A stretch of 19,986 nucleotides of DNA from contig JBCCXZ010000060.1 of NCBI GenBank assembly GCA_039190745.1, positions 1 through 19,986 of the forward strand. The letters run 5' to 3'. The notes under the pieces were generated by a model. It was not told where the DNA came from. It made no database searches and saw only the letters and a program-made list of their open reading frames with translations. Origin of the DNA: Planctomycetota bacterium. Its GTDB lineage: Bacteria > Planctomycetota > Planctomycetia > Pirellulales > Lacipirellulaceae. Of the stretch, positions 6,417 through 13,852 are shown in pieces. A program made the position numbers and the translations under genes. Position 1 is the stretch's first letter. Every line of letters starts with the position of its first letter.

Positions 6417-7943
6417 TCAGTGTGTCGGATAGGGGAGCAGAACGCGGGGCTCGACATCCGGCTTGAGCAGCCAGACGCGGCGGCCGGCGTCGTGCTCGAT
6501 CAGAGCGGCGTTCTGGCCGGGGCTCATCTCGCGGGCCCAGACGACCGGGGCGGCGTCGATATCGGCGCGGTTGTAGACCCATTCGGCGTGGACGTTGTGG
6601 TTGGGGGCGTAGCGGACGAACACGAGGTGACGCTCGCCGGTGGCTTCGAGGTTGTCGAGGATGCGTGCGCGGTCGAATTCCCAGCCCTCGGGCTGCCAAC
6701 GAGCGTAGAGGACCAGCTGCCCCGCGAGCGTGACCAGTTGTAGGGCGAGAACAGCGGCGACAGCGTGCTTGGCGACGGGGTGGCTGCGGCGGAGGGCGAC
6801 CGAGCCGCGGCGGAGCCCTGCGACCGCCAGCAGCAGCAGCAGCGGAGCAGCGGGGGCGAGGTAGTGGGGGTAGGTCCAAGGGACACACAACGCGGCGGCG
6901 AGCGAGGCGGCCAGCGCGAGCCAGGCGAGGTGCGTGCGGGGGTCGCGGAGAGTGAATACCGCGGCGGCGACGGGCAGGAACATCGCGCCGCCGGCGAAGA
7001 AGCGGAGCAGCCCGGCCATGCTCTGGCGTTTTGTGTCGGCCCAGCCGACGAGGTCGCGCTGGCGGTCGAAATCTTCAATGCCCCATCCGGTGTAGTAGCG
7101 GCGGAGCTCGCGGTGGCGGTAGTCGGGTTCGGGTTTGGCGTCTTGCCACAGGAAGAGCGGGCTGACGCCGTAGGTTTGCTCGTGGACCTGGTAGGGCATG
7201 CGAGCGGCGCTGCCCGTGACGGCGTGGTTGTACGCTGCGAGCATCGCTAAGCCGGCGGCGACGGTTCCAATCGTCGGGACGCAGCCTCGGAGTAGCAGGC
7301 GTTGCTTTTCCTGCGATTTCCAGAACGCGGCGAGCAGTGCGACGCCGACACAGAGGCAGAGGACGAGGCCTTCGAACGGGCGTGTTGCGGCGAGCAGCGT
7401 GGCTCCGATGCCGAGGAGCGCGGCGTCAGTGATGTGCGGCCGGTCGGCGATGCGCTTCGACGCACCGAACACCAGGGCCCCGGCGGCCATCGGCAGGGCG
7501 CCGCCCCAGTAGCTGAGGGTCCAGTTGGCGAGGATCAACGGGTGCAACGCGATGAGGAGGCCGCCGCAGAGTGCCCAGCGTGGCGGCAGCCAGGCGGCGA
7601 GCATCCAGCAGACGGCCGCGGCGGCGCAGCCGGAGGCGAGCACGGAGCCGTGGATGGGGTGGCCGAACAAGGCCTGCCCCACGGCGAGTGCCCCGCCCTG
7701 CCCCGGTTGGTACTTCGAGGCGTAGCTGGGTTGGTGGATGGTGTGGAACGACTCGAAGTGCTGCCAATGCGGGTGCGCGGGGTTTGTGAGCCGGCCGCTG
7801 GCGTACGTGTCGGCGGCGAGGAGGTAGCTGAACTCGTCGTGCACCCTCGGCACGGGCACGCGGACGGCGAGGAACGCCAACGCGGCGAGGACGGCCACCG
7901 CGAAGCAAGCGAGCGGAGCGTGTTTGTGCCAGAGACTGATCAC
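6417..7943 (-). CDS. Polytopic GT-C-fold glycosyltransferase (PMT/ArnT-like)
   Basis: First TM followed by HDEFSY (DE motif), SKY.PG, many TM helices, RPFE and YN..VTG motifs, soluble C-terminus. Start moved to GTG 7943, which overlaps the upstream stop as GTGA, rather than 8054. Confidence 0.75.
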   Translation of the reverse strand: MISLWHKHAPLACFAVAVLAALAFLAVRVPVPRVHDEFSYLLAADTYASGRLTNPAHPHWQHFESFHTIHQPSYASKYQPGQGGALAVGQALFGHPIHGSVLASGCAAAAVCWMLAAWLPPRWALCGGLLIALHPLILANWTLSYWGGALPMAAGALVFGASKRIADRPHITDAALLGIGATLLAATRPFEGLVLCLCVGVALLAAFWKSQEKQRLLLRGCVPTIGTVAAGLAMLAAYNHAVTGSAARMPYQVHEQTYGVSPLFLWQDAKPEPDYRHRELRRYYTGWGIEDFDRQRDLVGWADTKRQSMAGLLRFFAGGAMFLPVAAAVFTLRDPRTHLAWLALAASLAAALCVPWTYPHYLAPAAPLLLLLAVAGLRRGSVALRRSHPVAKHAVAAVLALQLVTLAGQLVLYARWQPEGWEFDRARILDNLEATGERHLVFVRYAPNHNVHAEWVYNRADIDAAPVVWAREMSPGQNAALIEHDAGRRVWLLKPDVEPRVLLPYPTH

Positions 7944-8656
7944 AACTCGGCTGGCTTCCTCGCGAGGACGAGGTACTGCGCCCCCAAAGGCAGTCGGTGG
8001 ACAAGCTTCTCCAGCGGCCGCAACGCGGCGAGCGCTGCGGGGAAGAGGAACCAAGCATCGGTGCGGAGGACTTCGAAGCCGGCTTCGCGGAGGATGCGGC
8101 GTGCGTGCGGGGGCGACAGGGTCTCTGCGTCGCGGTCGAACGGGATACGGCTCATGACGTATCGCGTGCCGGGGTTCCAGGGGTTGTTTTCCCAGAACGC
8201 GAATAACCCACCGGGGCGGAGGGCGGCGTGGAGGATGCTGAGGCTCTCGGCGCGGCGCTCGGGCGGGATGTGGTGGAACACGCCGTTGCAGTAGGCGAGG
8301 TCAAACGCCTCGGCTGGCAGTTCGGCGGGGTCGGAGATGAAAGTGTTCGTCGGGTCGCTGTGGTCGCGGTTTGCGCGGGCGATCGCTTGCATCGAGGGGT
8401 CGAATCCCCAGAGCGAACGCGGCCGGAAGGCGCCGGAGAGCAGCGGCGCAGCAATGCCGACGCCACAGCCGAAGTCGAGCACGGCTTCGGCGTCCTCCAG
8501 CAATCGTGAAGCGAGCTTGGCGGTCCACGCGATGCGGCCCTGCGCGAAGTACTCGGCCGATTCGCCGGAGACGCTCAGCCCGCGGCTGAGTGCCTGCTCG
8601 TACTGGGCGGCGTAGGCGTCGAAGGTATCCGGCTTGGCCGGCAGAGCGGGGTTCAT
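7940..8656 (-). CDS. Class I SAM-dependent methyltransferase
   Basis: VLDFGCGVG motif I, GFDPS, FDLAYCNGVFHHIP, LRPGG, ENNPWNP; ATG 8656 with RBS GAGGAG. The 5' extension in the ORF track is shadow frame of the GT2 gene. Confidence 0.9.
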   Translation of the reverse strand: MNPALPAKPDTFDAYAAQYEQALSRGLSVSGESAEYFAQGRIAWTAKLASRLLEDAEAVLDFGCGVGIAAPLLSGAFRPRSLWGFDPSMQAIARANRDHSDPTNTFISDPAELPAEAFDLAYCNGVFHHIPPERRAESLSILHAALRPGGLFAFWENNPWNPGTRYVMSRIPFDRDAETLSPPHARRILREAGFEVLRTDAWFLFPAALAALRPLEKLVHRLPLGAQYLVLARKPAEL

Positions 8657-8671
8657 TGCAAAGGCTCCTCC

Positions 8672-8744
8672 TGTGGGAGGGCTCTCCGAGCCCGAGTCCG
8701 GTCTCTTGTGGTCTCCGTAATCGGCCTCAGAGAGGCCTCCCACA
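8672..8744. repeat. GT(G/A)GGAGG-type REP doublet, copy 1
   Basis: TGTGGGAGGGCTCTCCGAGCCCGA ... TCGGCCTCAGAGAGGCCTCCCACA; same family as 12970-13042. Confidence 0.85.
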
Positions 8745-8775
8745 AGATGTCTTCTTGAGGGGGTGGTCCTTGGGC

Positions 8776-10116
8776 TCACTTCCGGGCGGTGCGGAGGATG
8801 CTGAGGAAGAACCCCGCGAAGGCCGCTTGGCAGCCGAGCGCGGCGAGCGTGACTCCGGGGATCACCTGCCGCATGGTAGCGGCGTAGTCGAGGGCTCCGA
8901 AGCCGGCGGACCACCAGCCGGTGAAGGTCTTGGCGATCATCGCCCCGCCGATGGCAAAGGCCCCGCCGCCCACCAGCAGCCAACGCTCCAGCGGCATGCG
9001 GTGGAAGAACGCGGTGAGCCGCTTGGAAGCGGGCATCAGCCCTTCGGAAATGGCGAACGTCTTGGCGAACAACGCGAACTGCAGCAGCTGCGACCCGAGC
9101 AGCAGTGTGAGGCTCGCGACGAGCAGCGTGTGTGCGTCGAGCGAGGCGCCCATCACGGTGGCGCCGGGCAGCGCGAGCGCGTAGCCGGTCGCGCCGAGCA
9201 GCATCAGCACGATGCCGGGAACCATGAACAGCCACTTGGGGCTGTACATCAGAAAGAACCGCAGAGTGCGCCAGCCGTCGCGGAAGGTGCGGAGGTGCGG
9301 CGCGTGGGCCTTGCGTCCGTCGGGGTGCAGCGTGGTGGGCACCTCGGCGGTCTTGGCGCCGAAGAGGCTGCACTTGATGATCATCTCGGTGGCGAACTCC
9401 ATGCCGGTGCACCGCATGTCGAGTCGGTCGTAGAGCTCGCGGGTGAATCCTCGCAGTCCGCAGTAGACGTCGTGGATGGGCGCCCGGAACATGCCGCGGA
9501 CCATCCAGGAGAACATGGGGTTGCCCCACCAGCGGTGGAGGAAGGGCATGGCTCCTGGGAGGATCGTGCCGCCGCCGCTGGGCAGCCGGCAGCCTTGGGC
9601 GAGCTCGTGGCCGGCGCGGAGCTGCTCGACGAACTTGGGCACTTCGAGGAAGTCGTAGCTGTCGTCGGCGTCGCCCATGATGACGTACTTGCCGCGGGCG
9701 GCGGTGATGCCGCCCATCAGGGCGCTGCCGTAGCCCTTCTCTTCCACGTCGATCACCCGGGCGCCGAGCGCGCGGGCGAGTTCCTGGCAGCCGTCGGTGC
9801 TGCCGTTGTCGGCGACGATCACCTCGCCAAAGATGCCCGCCTCGTTCATCGCGTGCTGGGCCTTCTCAATGCAGACCTCGAGCGTGTCTGCTTCGTTCAG
9901 GCAGGGCATGACGACAGACACTTCGGGGGCCGATTCGCTGAAAGCCTCCGCGCCCGCCGGGCTGAAGCCCGACGGCGTTTCGGGGGCGAGCGCTACGAGG
10001 CACTCTTGCACGGCGCGCTCGGCATCGCGGAGGCGCGCGGTAATGGTCGCGTTATCGGCGGTTGAAGCAGCGGCCTGTTCGGCAGCTGGTTCAGCGGGTG
10101 TTCGGACGGCGGTCAT
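8776..10116 (-). CDS. GT2 glycosyltransferase, polyprenol-phosphate sugar synthase (DPM1-like) with C-terminal TM helices
   Basis: SVVMPCLNEA, EVIVADNGSTDG, GYGSAL..G, MGDADDSYD, D.YCGLRGF, GMEFATEM, LRTFRDGWR. The true start may be downstream, e.g. GTG 10011. Confidence 0.92.
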   Translation of the reverse strand: MTAVRTPAEPAAEQAAASTADNATITARLRDAERAVQECLVALAPETPSGFSPAGAEAFSESAPEVSVVMPCLNEADTLEVCIEKAQHAMNEAGIFGEVIVADNGSTDGCQELARALGARVIDVEEKGYGSALMGGITAARGKYVIMGDADDSYDFLEVPKFVEQLRAGHELAQGCRLPSGGGTILPGAMPFLHRWWGNPMFSWMVRGMFRAPIHDVYCGLRGFTRELYDRLDMRCTGMEFATEMIIKCSLFGAKTAEVPTTLHPDGRKAHAPHLRTFRDGWRTLRFFLMYSPKWLFMVPGIVLMLLGATGYALALPGATVMGASLDAHTLLVASLTLLLGSQLLQFALFAKTFAISEGLMPASKRLTAFFHRMPLERWLLVGGGAFAIGGAMIAKTFTGWWSAGFGALDYAATMRQVIPGVTLAALGCQAAFAGFFLSILRTARK

Positions 10117-10248
10117 AGCGGTTCCGGGCGTGCGTGGGCGCGCAGTGATAGGAGTCTCCGCCGAACCCTAGCTCGCCCGGATGGGCAGTCAAAAGCTGGC
10201 TTGCGCGGCGGGCGGAGAGTCGCTACGACCGGTGCAGGCGCTCGAAGT

Positions 10249-10290
10249 GGCCACGTTCCTAGAGGCCACGTTCCTAGAGGCCGCGTTCCC
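10249..10290. repeat. 15-bp tandem repeat (about 2.8 copies) spanning the NUDIX stop codon
   Basis: GGCCACGTTCCTAGA x2 followed by GGCCGCGTTCCC. Confidence 0.85.
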
Positions 10291-10816
10291 ACAGGAAGAG
10301 CGCGGCGATGCTCTTCGCGTCGGCGATGCGGCCGTCAGCGGCCATCGCGAGCGCCTCGTCGCGCGGGACGACCAGGTTCTCGATCTCTTCGCCCGGCTCG
10401 CGGGCCGGGTCGCCCGGCGAGAGTCCCTCGGCGAGGAAGACGTGCATCCGCTCGTTGAGGATCCCGGGCGACATGTAGAAGGCGCCCAAGGGGCGGAACC
10501 TTTCGGCCCGGTAGCCCGTCTCTTCCTGCAGCTCGCGCTCCGCGGCGACGGCGGGCGGCTCGGGCGGTTCGAGGGTGCCGGCGGGGAGCTCGATGAGCGT
10601 CTCGCCGACCGCGACGCGGTGGTTGCGGATGAGGCACACGCGGTCGTCATCCAGCGCAGGCACAACGACCACCGCCCCCGGGTGTTCGACGACGTGCTTC
10701 GCGATTTCCGGCCCGCCGGGTTCGAGCTGGTAGCGGTGCTCGACCACGCGGAAGCGGTTGGTCACTAGCACTTCGCGGCGATTTGGGTCAGGCGGCGTCA
10801 CTGCGGTTGGTTTCAC
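10274..10816 (-). CDS. NUDIX hydrolase, ADP-ribose pyrophosphatase (NudF-like)
   Basis: VEHPGAVVV, ELPAGTLEPPE....AAERELQEETGY Nudix box, YMSPG..NE, GE.IE, I.DAKS. Confidence 0.92.
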   Translation of the reverse strand: MKPTAVTPPDPNRREVLVTNRFRVVEHRYQLEPGGPEIAKHVVEHPGAVVVVPALDDDRVCLIRNHRVAVGETLIELPAGTLEPPEPPAVAAERELQEETGYRAERFRPLGAFYMSPGILNERMHVFLAEGLSPGDPAREPGEEIENLVVPRDEALAMAADGRIADAKSIAALFLWERGL

Positions 10817-11076
10817 CCGCGGGGCGGGTAGCCGGGGTTGTGAAGTAGAGAAAACACGGGGGCTGCGGGTTTTTCGGGTGTTACGACCACGGGGGCCATG
10901 GTTTGCCGGCCTGTGGCCTTACTGATAGGATAGCGGCAGTGGTCAAACAGTCGCCCGGGCTCTTCTTTGCAGGTCCAGCAGGGTCTCCAGAACGCAGCGG
11001 CGCGGCTTCTTTTTTTTATTCGGCCCGTCCGAGTGCGTCTGGTCGTTCTTGCAGCGGCGTGATAGCGGAGGCGACG

Positions 11077-12126
11077 ATGCCAAGCTCGCGTGACTCCTGG
11101 AGCCTGTACCTCGGCCGATACGGTTCGATCGTGCTCCGGCTGCACGTGACGTTTCCCCTGGCGTGGCTGCTGATCTTGCTGGTGTCGGCGGTGGACGCAT
11201 CGGTGCCGTCTGCGGCAGCGCTCACCGGCGGCGTGGTGCTGACCCTGAGCGCGGTGTTCCGCGAGCTGATGCGGGCGGCGAGTTCGATCCGCGTGGGCGG
11301 CGAGCCGCTGGTAGTGGTGTTTGCGCCGCTGGGCAACTTCTCGCGTTACCACCTGCCGGCCGACCCTCCGGCGCACTTGGTGACTTCGTCGTTCGGCTGC
11401 ACGCCGCACCTGATCTTGATGGTGATGGGCGCCTGCTGCCTGGCGTTCTACGGCGACCGCAACGCGCTGCGGTTGCTGCAGTACCCGCTGAACCCCGCGG
11501 TCGATTTCCTGTCTCCGCAGCCGGTGCTGATCGCTCAGATGGTGGTTTGGGTTAACTGGTGCCTGCTGCTGGTGAACCTGTTACCGGTTGAGCCGCTGGA
11601 CGGCGCCGCGACGCTGCGTTCGATGCTGTGGCCGATGCTGGGCCGCAACGCGGCGGGGATGGCGTCGACGCACTTCGCCCACTTCCTGGCGTTGGTGGTG
11701 GCGTTGATCGCGTTCGTGGTGAAAGACTCGCCGCTGCCGGCCTCGGGCGTGCCTTACTGGTTTCCGCTGAGCGTGGTCTCGGTGCTGCTCTTGTTCAGCA
11801 ACAACTCGTGGACGGCGGCCCGGCGTTACGACACGGGGCTGGCGATCGACGAGTTGGACTCGGACGACGAGGGCTGGATCTCCAACGAGTGGGTCGAGTC
11901 GGACGATACCACGCCGGTGCTGGTAGAGCACATCCAGGAGAAGCAAGAAGAGGCGCTCAACCGCAAGCGTCGCGAACGCGAGGCGAACGAAGACGAGCGC
12001 GTGGACAAGATCCTCGAGCGGCTCGCGGAGACGAGCTTCGACGACCTGCCCGAAGAAGACCGGGCGATTCTGAAGAAGGCGAGCCGGCGGTACCGCAAGC
12101 GGCGGTTTGAGTCGGGCAGCGACTAG
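11077..12126 (+). CDS. Site-2 protease (M50) family homolog lacking HExxH, with C-terminal helical DUF6576-like domain
   Basis: WSL.LGR..SI.LRLH.TF N-terminus; NLLPVEPLDG; HExxH position reads RELMR; C-terminal RVDKILERL....FDDL.EE.R.ILKKAS; ATG 11077 with RBS GGAGG. Confidence 0.8.
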   Translation: MPSSRDSWSLYLGRYGSIVLRLHVTFPLAWLLILLVSAVDASVPSAAALTGGVVLTLSAVFRELMRAASSIRVGGEPLVVVFAPLGNFSRYHLPADPPAHLVTSSFGCTPHLILMVMGACCLAFYGDRNALRLLQYPLNPAVDFLSPQPVLIAQMVVWVNWCLLLVNLLPVEPLDGAATLRSMLWPMLGRNAAGMASTHFAHFLALVVALIAFVVKDSPLPASGVPYWFPLSVVSVLLLFSNNSWTAARRYDTGLAIDELDSDDEGWISNEWVESDDTTPVLVEHIQEKQEEALNRKRREREANEDERVDKILERLAETSFDDLPEEDRAILKKASRRYRKRRFESGSD

Positions 12127-12147
12127 TTGCCGGCTTCCTGCTCATAT

Positions 12148-12436
12148 GCCCCGAAGGGGCTAAACAGCATAGCCCAGGGTCAGGACCGGGGAGCGCAGCG
12201 AGCCCGGGCCGCCACCCTGGGTTTTCGATGCGCCGCGATTAACGGCCGAGCGGTGGATTCGATTGCGCTCGGCGGTTGGTCGAGGCCGGAGCGGTCCGGG
12301 GCTTGGCGTCCTCGATGAAGTGCCGACGGTGGTGACGCGGTTTGCTCGGACGCGTTTGTATACTCACCGGATACCCAGGGTGGCGCCTGCCTGCGGCAGG
12401 CTGACCCTGGGCTACGTTGTTTAGCCCCGTTGGGGC
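12148..12436. repeat. Long inverted-repeat REPIN/MITE-like element
   Basis: Left arm GCCCCGAAGGGGCTAAACAGCATAGCCCAGGGTCAG...CGCCACCCTGGGT (12148-12222) and inverted right arm ACCCAGGGTGGCG...CTGACCCTGGGCTACGTTGTTTAGCCCCGTTGGGGC (12373-12436), around a ~150 bp non-coding core. Confidence 0.82.
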
Positions 12437-12454
12437 AAGGAAGCGAGGTTTGCC

Positions 12455-12949
12455 ATGGCTCAACGTCCTGAGAAGCGTGAAGACCTGCTCCGCGACGCGA
12501 GGGCGATGCCGCGGCGGGTGATGCTGCACTGCGTGCTTGAGCCGGGCGGGGATGAGCTGGAGGTGTTCGCGGGATTCCGTTCGAACGGGGCGCTGAGTCT
12601 GTACTTCGGCGAAGACCCGGTGTACCAGTTCAACGCCGCCGGTGAGTTGCGGCGCGCGTTTGTGGACGACGCGATCGTGAAGGCCGACGGCGGTCGGCTC
12701 GCGCGGTGGGGCCGAGAGAACCGAGCGGGGCAGGTCGAGATGCACCGGCACGACCTGACCGACGACGAGCAGCGGGCGCTCTTGGAGCGTATGCTCAACC
12801 TCATCGGGCGGCTACGCCAGGCGATTCTGAACCGGGATTACAAGCGGGCGGGCTCGGTGCCGGAGGGCGAGCTTGTCGAGGAGCAGGTCGCTGCTTGGAT
12901 CGCGGAGCACGAGGCGATCGGCGTGGCCGATTCGGCGGGGGTTGGTTGA
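12455..12949 (+). CDS. Hypothetical protein
   Basis: ATG with GAGG upstream, host-like codon usage, globular-looking sequence (REDL.R.A, FAGFR..G.LSLYFG.DPVYQFN..G.LRRAF). No function recognised. Confidence 0.78.
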   Translation: MAQRPEKREDLLRDARAMPRRVMLHCVLEPGGDELEVFAGFRSNGALSLYFGEDPVYQFNAAGELRRAFVDDAIVKADGGRLARWGRENRAGQVEMHRHDLTDDEQRALLERMLNLIGRLRQAILNRDYKRAGSVPEGELVEEQVAAWIAEHEAIGVADSAGVG

Positions 12950-12969
12950 ACGCTGCAGCGCCAAGCGCT

Positions 12970-13042
12970 TGTAGGAGTGCTCTCTGAGCCCGATTGCCCT
13001 CTGCAAACGAGGCGTTTATCGGCCTCGGAGAGGCCTCCTACA
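12970..13042. repeat. GT(G/A)GGAGG-type REP doublet, copy 2
   Basis: TGTAGGAGTGCTCTCTGAGCCCGA ... TCGGCCTCGGAGAGGCCTCCTACA; overlaps the ygfZ-like stop codon. Confidence 0.85.
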
Positions 13043-13832
13043 GAATCACTTCGCCGGATGTGTGTTCGAGCACCGTTCCCGCTTCCCAATGGCCTCGGCG
13101 GATCGTGGCAAGTCCGGCTGCCGGAGCGTTTTTGCACTCGGCGACCGAAGTCACCTCGCCCACGGGCTTGTCTTCGACAGTGAGTTCGTCTCCCGGTTGA
13201 GGCGGTTCGCCCGACTCGACGCGGAAACGGGTCACGCGGCGGTTCACATGGCCGAGGGCGTCGATGCGGGCGACGGTTTCCTGGCCGAGGTAGCAGCCCT
13301 TGGTGAAACTGATCGCTTCGCAGTCGCGGCCGACTTCTTGGGGGAGGCTGTCGGGGCCGAAGTCGACGCCGAACAGCGGGAAGCCGGCGCGGACGCGCGC
13401 CGCGTGCAACTCGTCGGGAGTGACTCCCCCGCCCTGCCCTGCCCCGGCGGTCACGGCGCTGCCCTCACCGAAGGCGCCTGGGGCGACGCAGCCCTCAAGG
13501 ACCGCGTCGCTGCCCAGCACCGCTTGCCACCGCGAGTCGGCCGAGGCGTCAGCCAGCGTGACGTCTTCGCGGACGATATAGCGGTCGAGGTGTGTGAGCA
13601 ACGGTTCGGCGGGCTGGCCGGGGAGCACGAGCAGAGATCGCTCTGCTTCGGCGAGCACGAAAGCGTGGGCGACGATTTTGCCCTTCAAGTCGGTGAAGAA
13701 CGCCTCGCGGGACTCGCCGGCGGCGAGCGTCTTCACGTCGTTCGTGCAGAAGCTCTGCAGGAACGTGGCGCGATCGACGCCGGTCACTTGGACTGTCGAC
13801 CAGTCCGGCAGCGGCGCGTCGGCGGCTGTCAT
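13038..13832 (-). CDS. ygfZ: YgfZ/GcvT-family folate-binding protein
   Basis: Signature ISFTKGCYLGQETVAR; V.G.DR..FLQ..CTNDV; KGKI; C-terminal VGEVTS. Confidence 0.9.
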   Translation of the reverse strand: MTAADAPLPDWSTVQVTGVDRATFLQSFCTNDVKTLAAGESREAFFTDLKGKIVAHAFVLAEAERSLLVLPGQPAEPLLTHLDRYIVREDVTLADASADSRWQAVLGSDAVLEGCVAPGAFGEGSAVTAGAGQGGGVTPDELHAARVRAGFPLFGVDFGPDSLPQEVGRDCEAISFTKGCYLGQETVARIDALGHVNRRVTRFRVESGEPPQPGDELTVEDKPVGEVTSVAECKNAPAAGLATIRRGHWEAGTVLEHTSGEVIL

Positions 13833-13852
13833 GGCGGCTACCTTCTCGCGTG

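Noticed and set aside
7940..9529. GT2-methyltransferase fusion or programmed frameshift suggested by the 529-aa ORF
   Set aside because: GT2 has its own stop at 8776, the methyltransferase has its own RBS and ATG at 8656, the intervening DNA is a REP, and no slippery site is evident.
10052..10059. Sigma28 promoter from GCCGATAA on the minus strand
   Set aside because: Perfect -10 but no TAAA -35 at 15-nt spacing; kept only as a hint that the GT2 start may be downstream.
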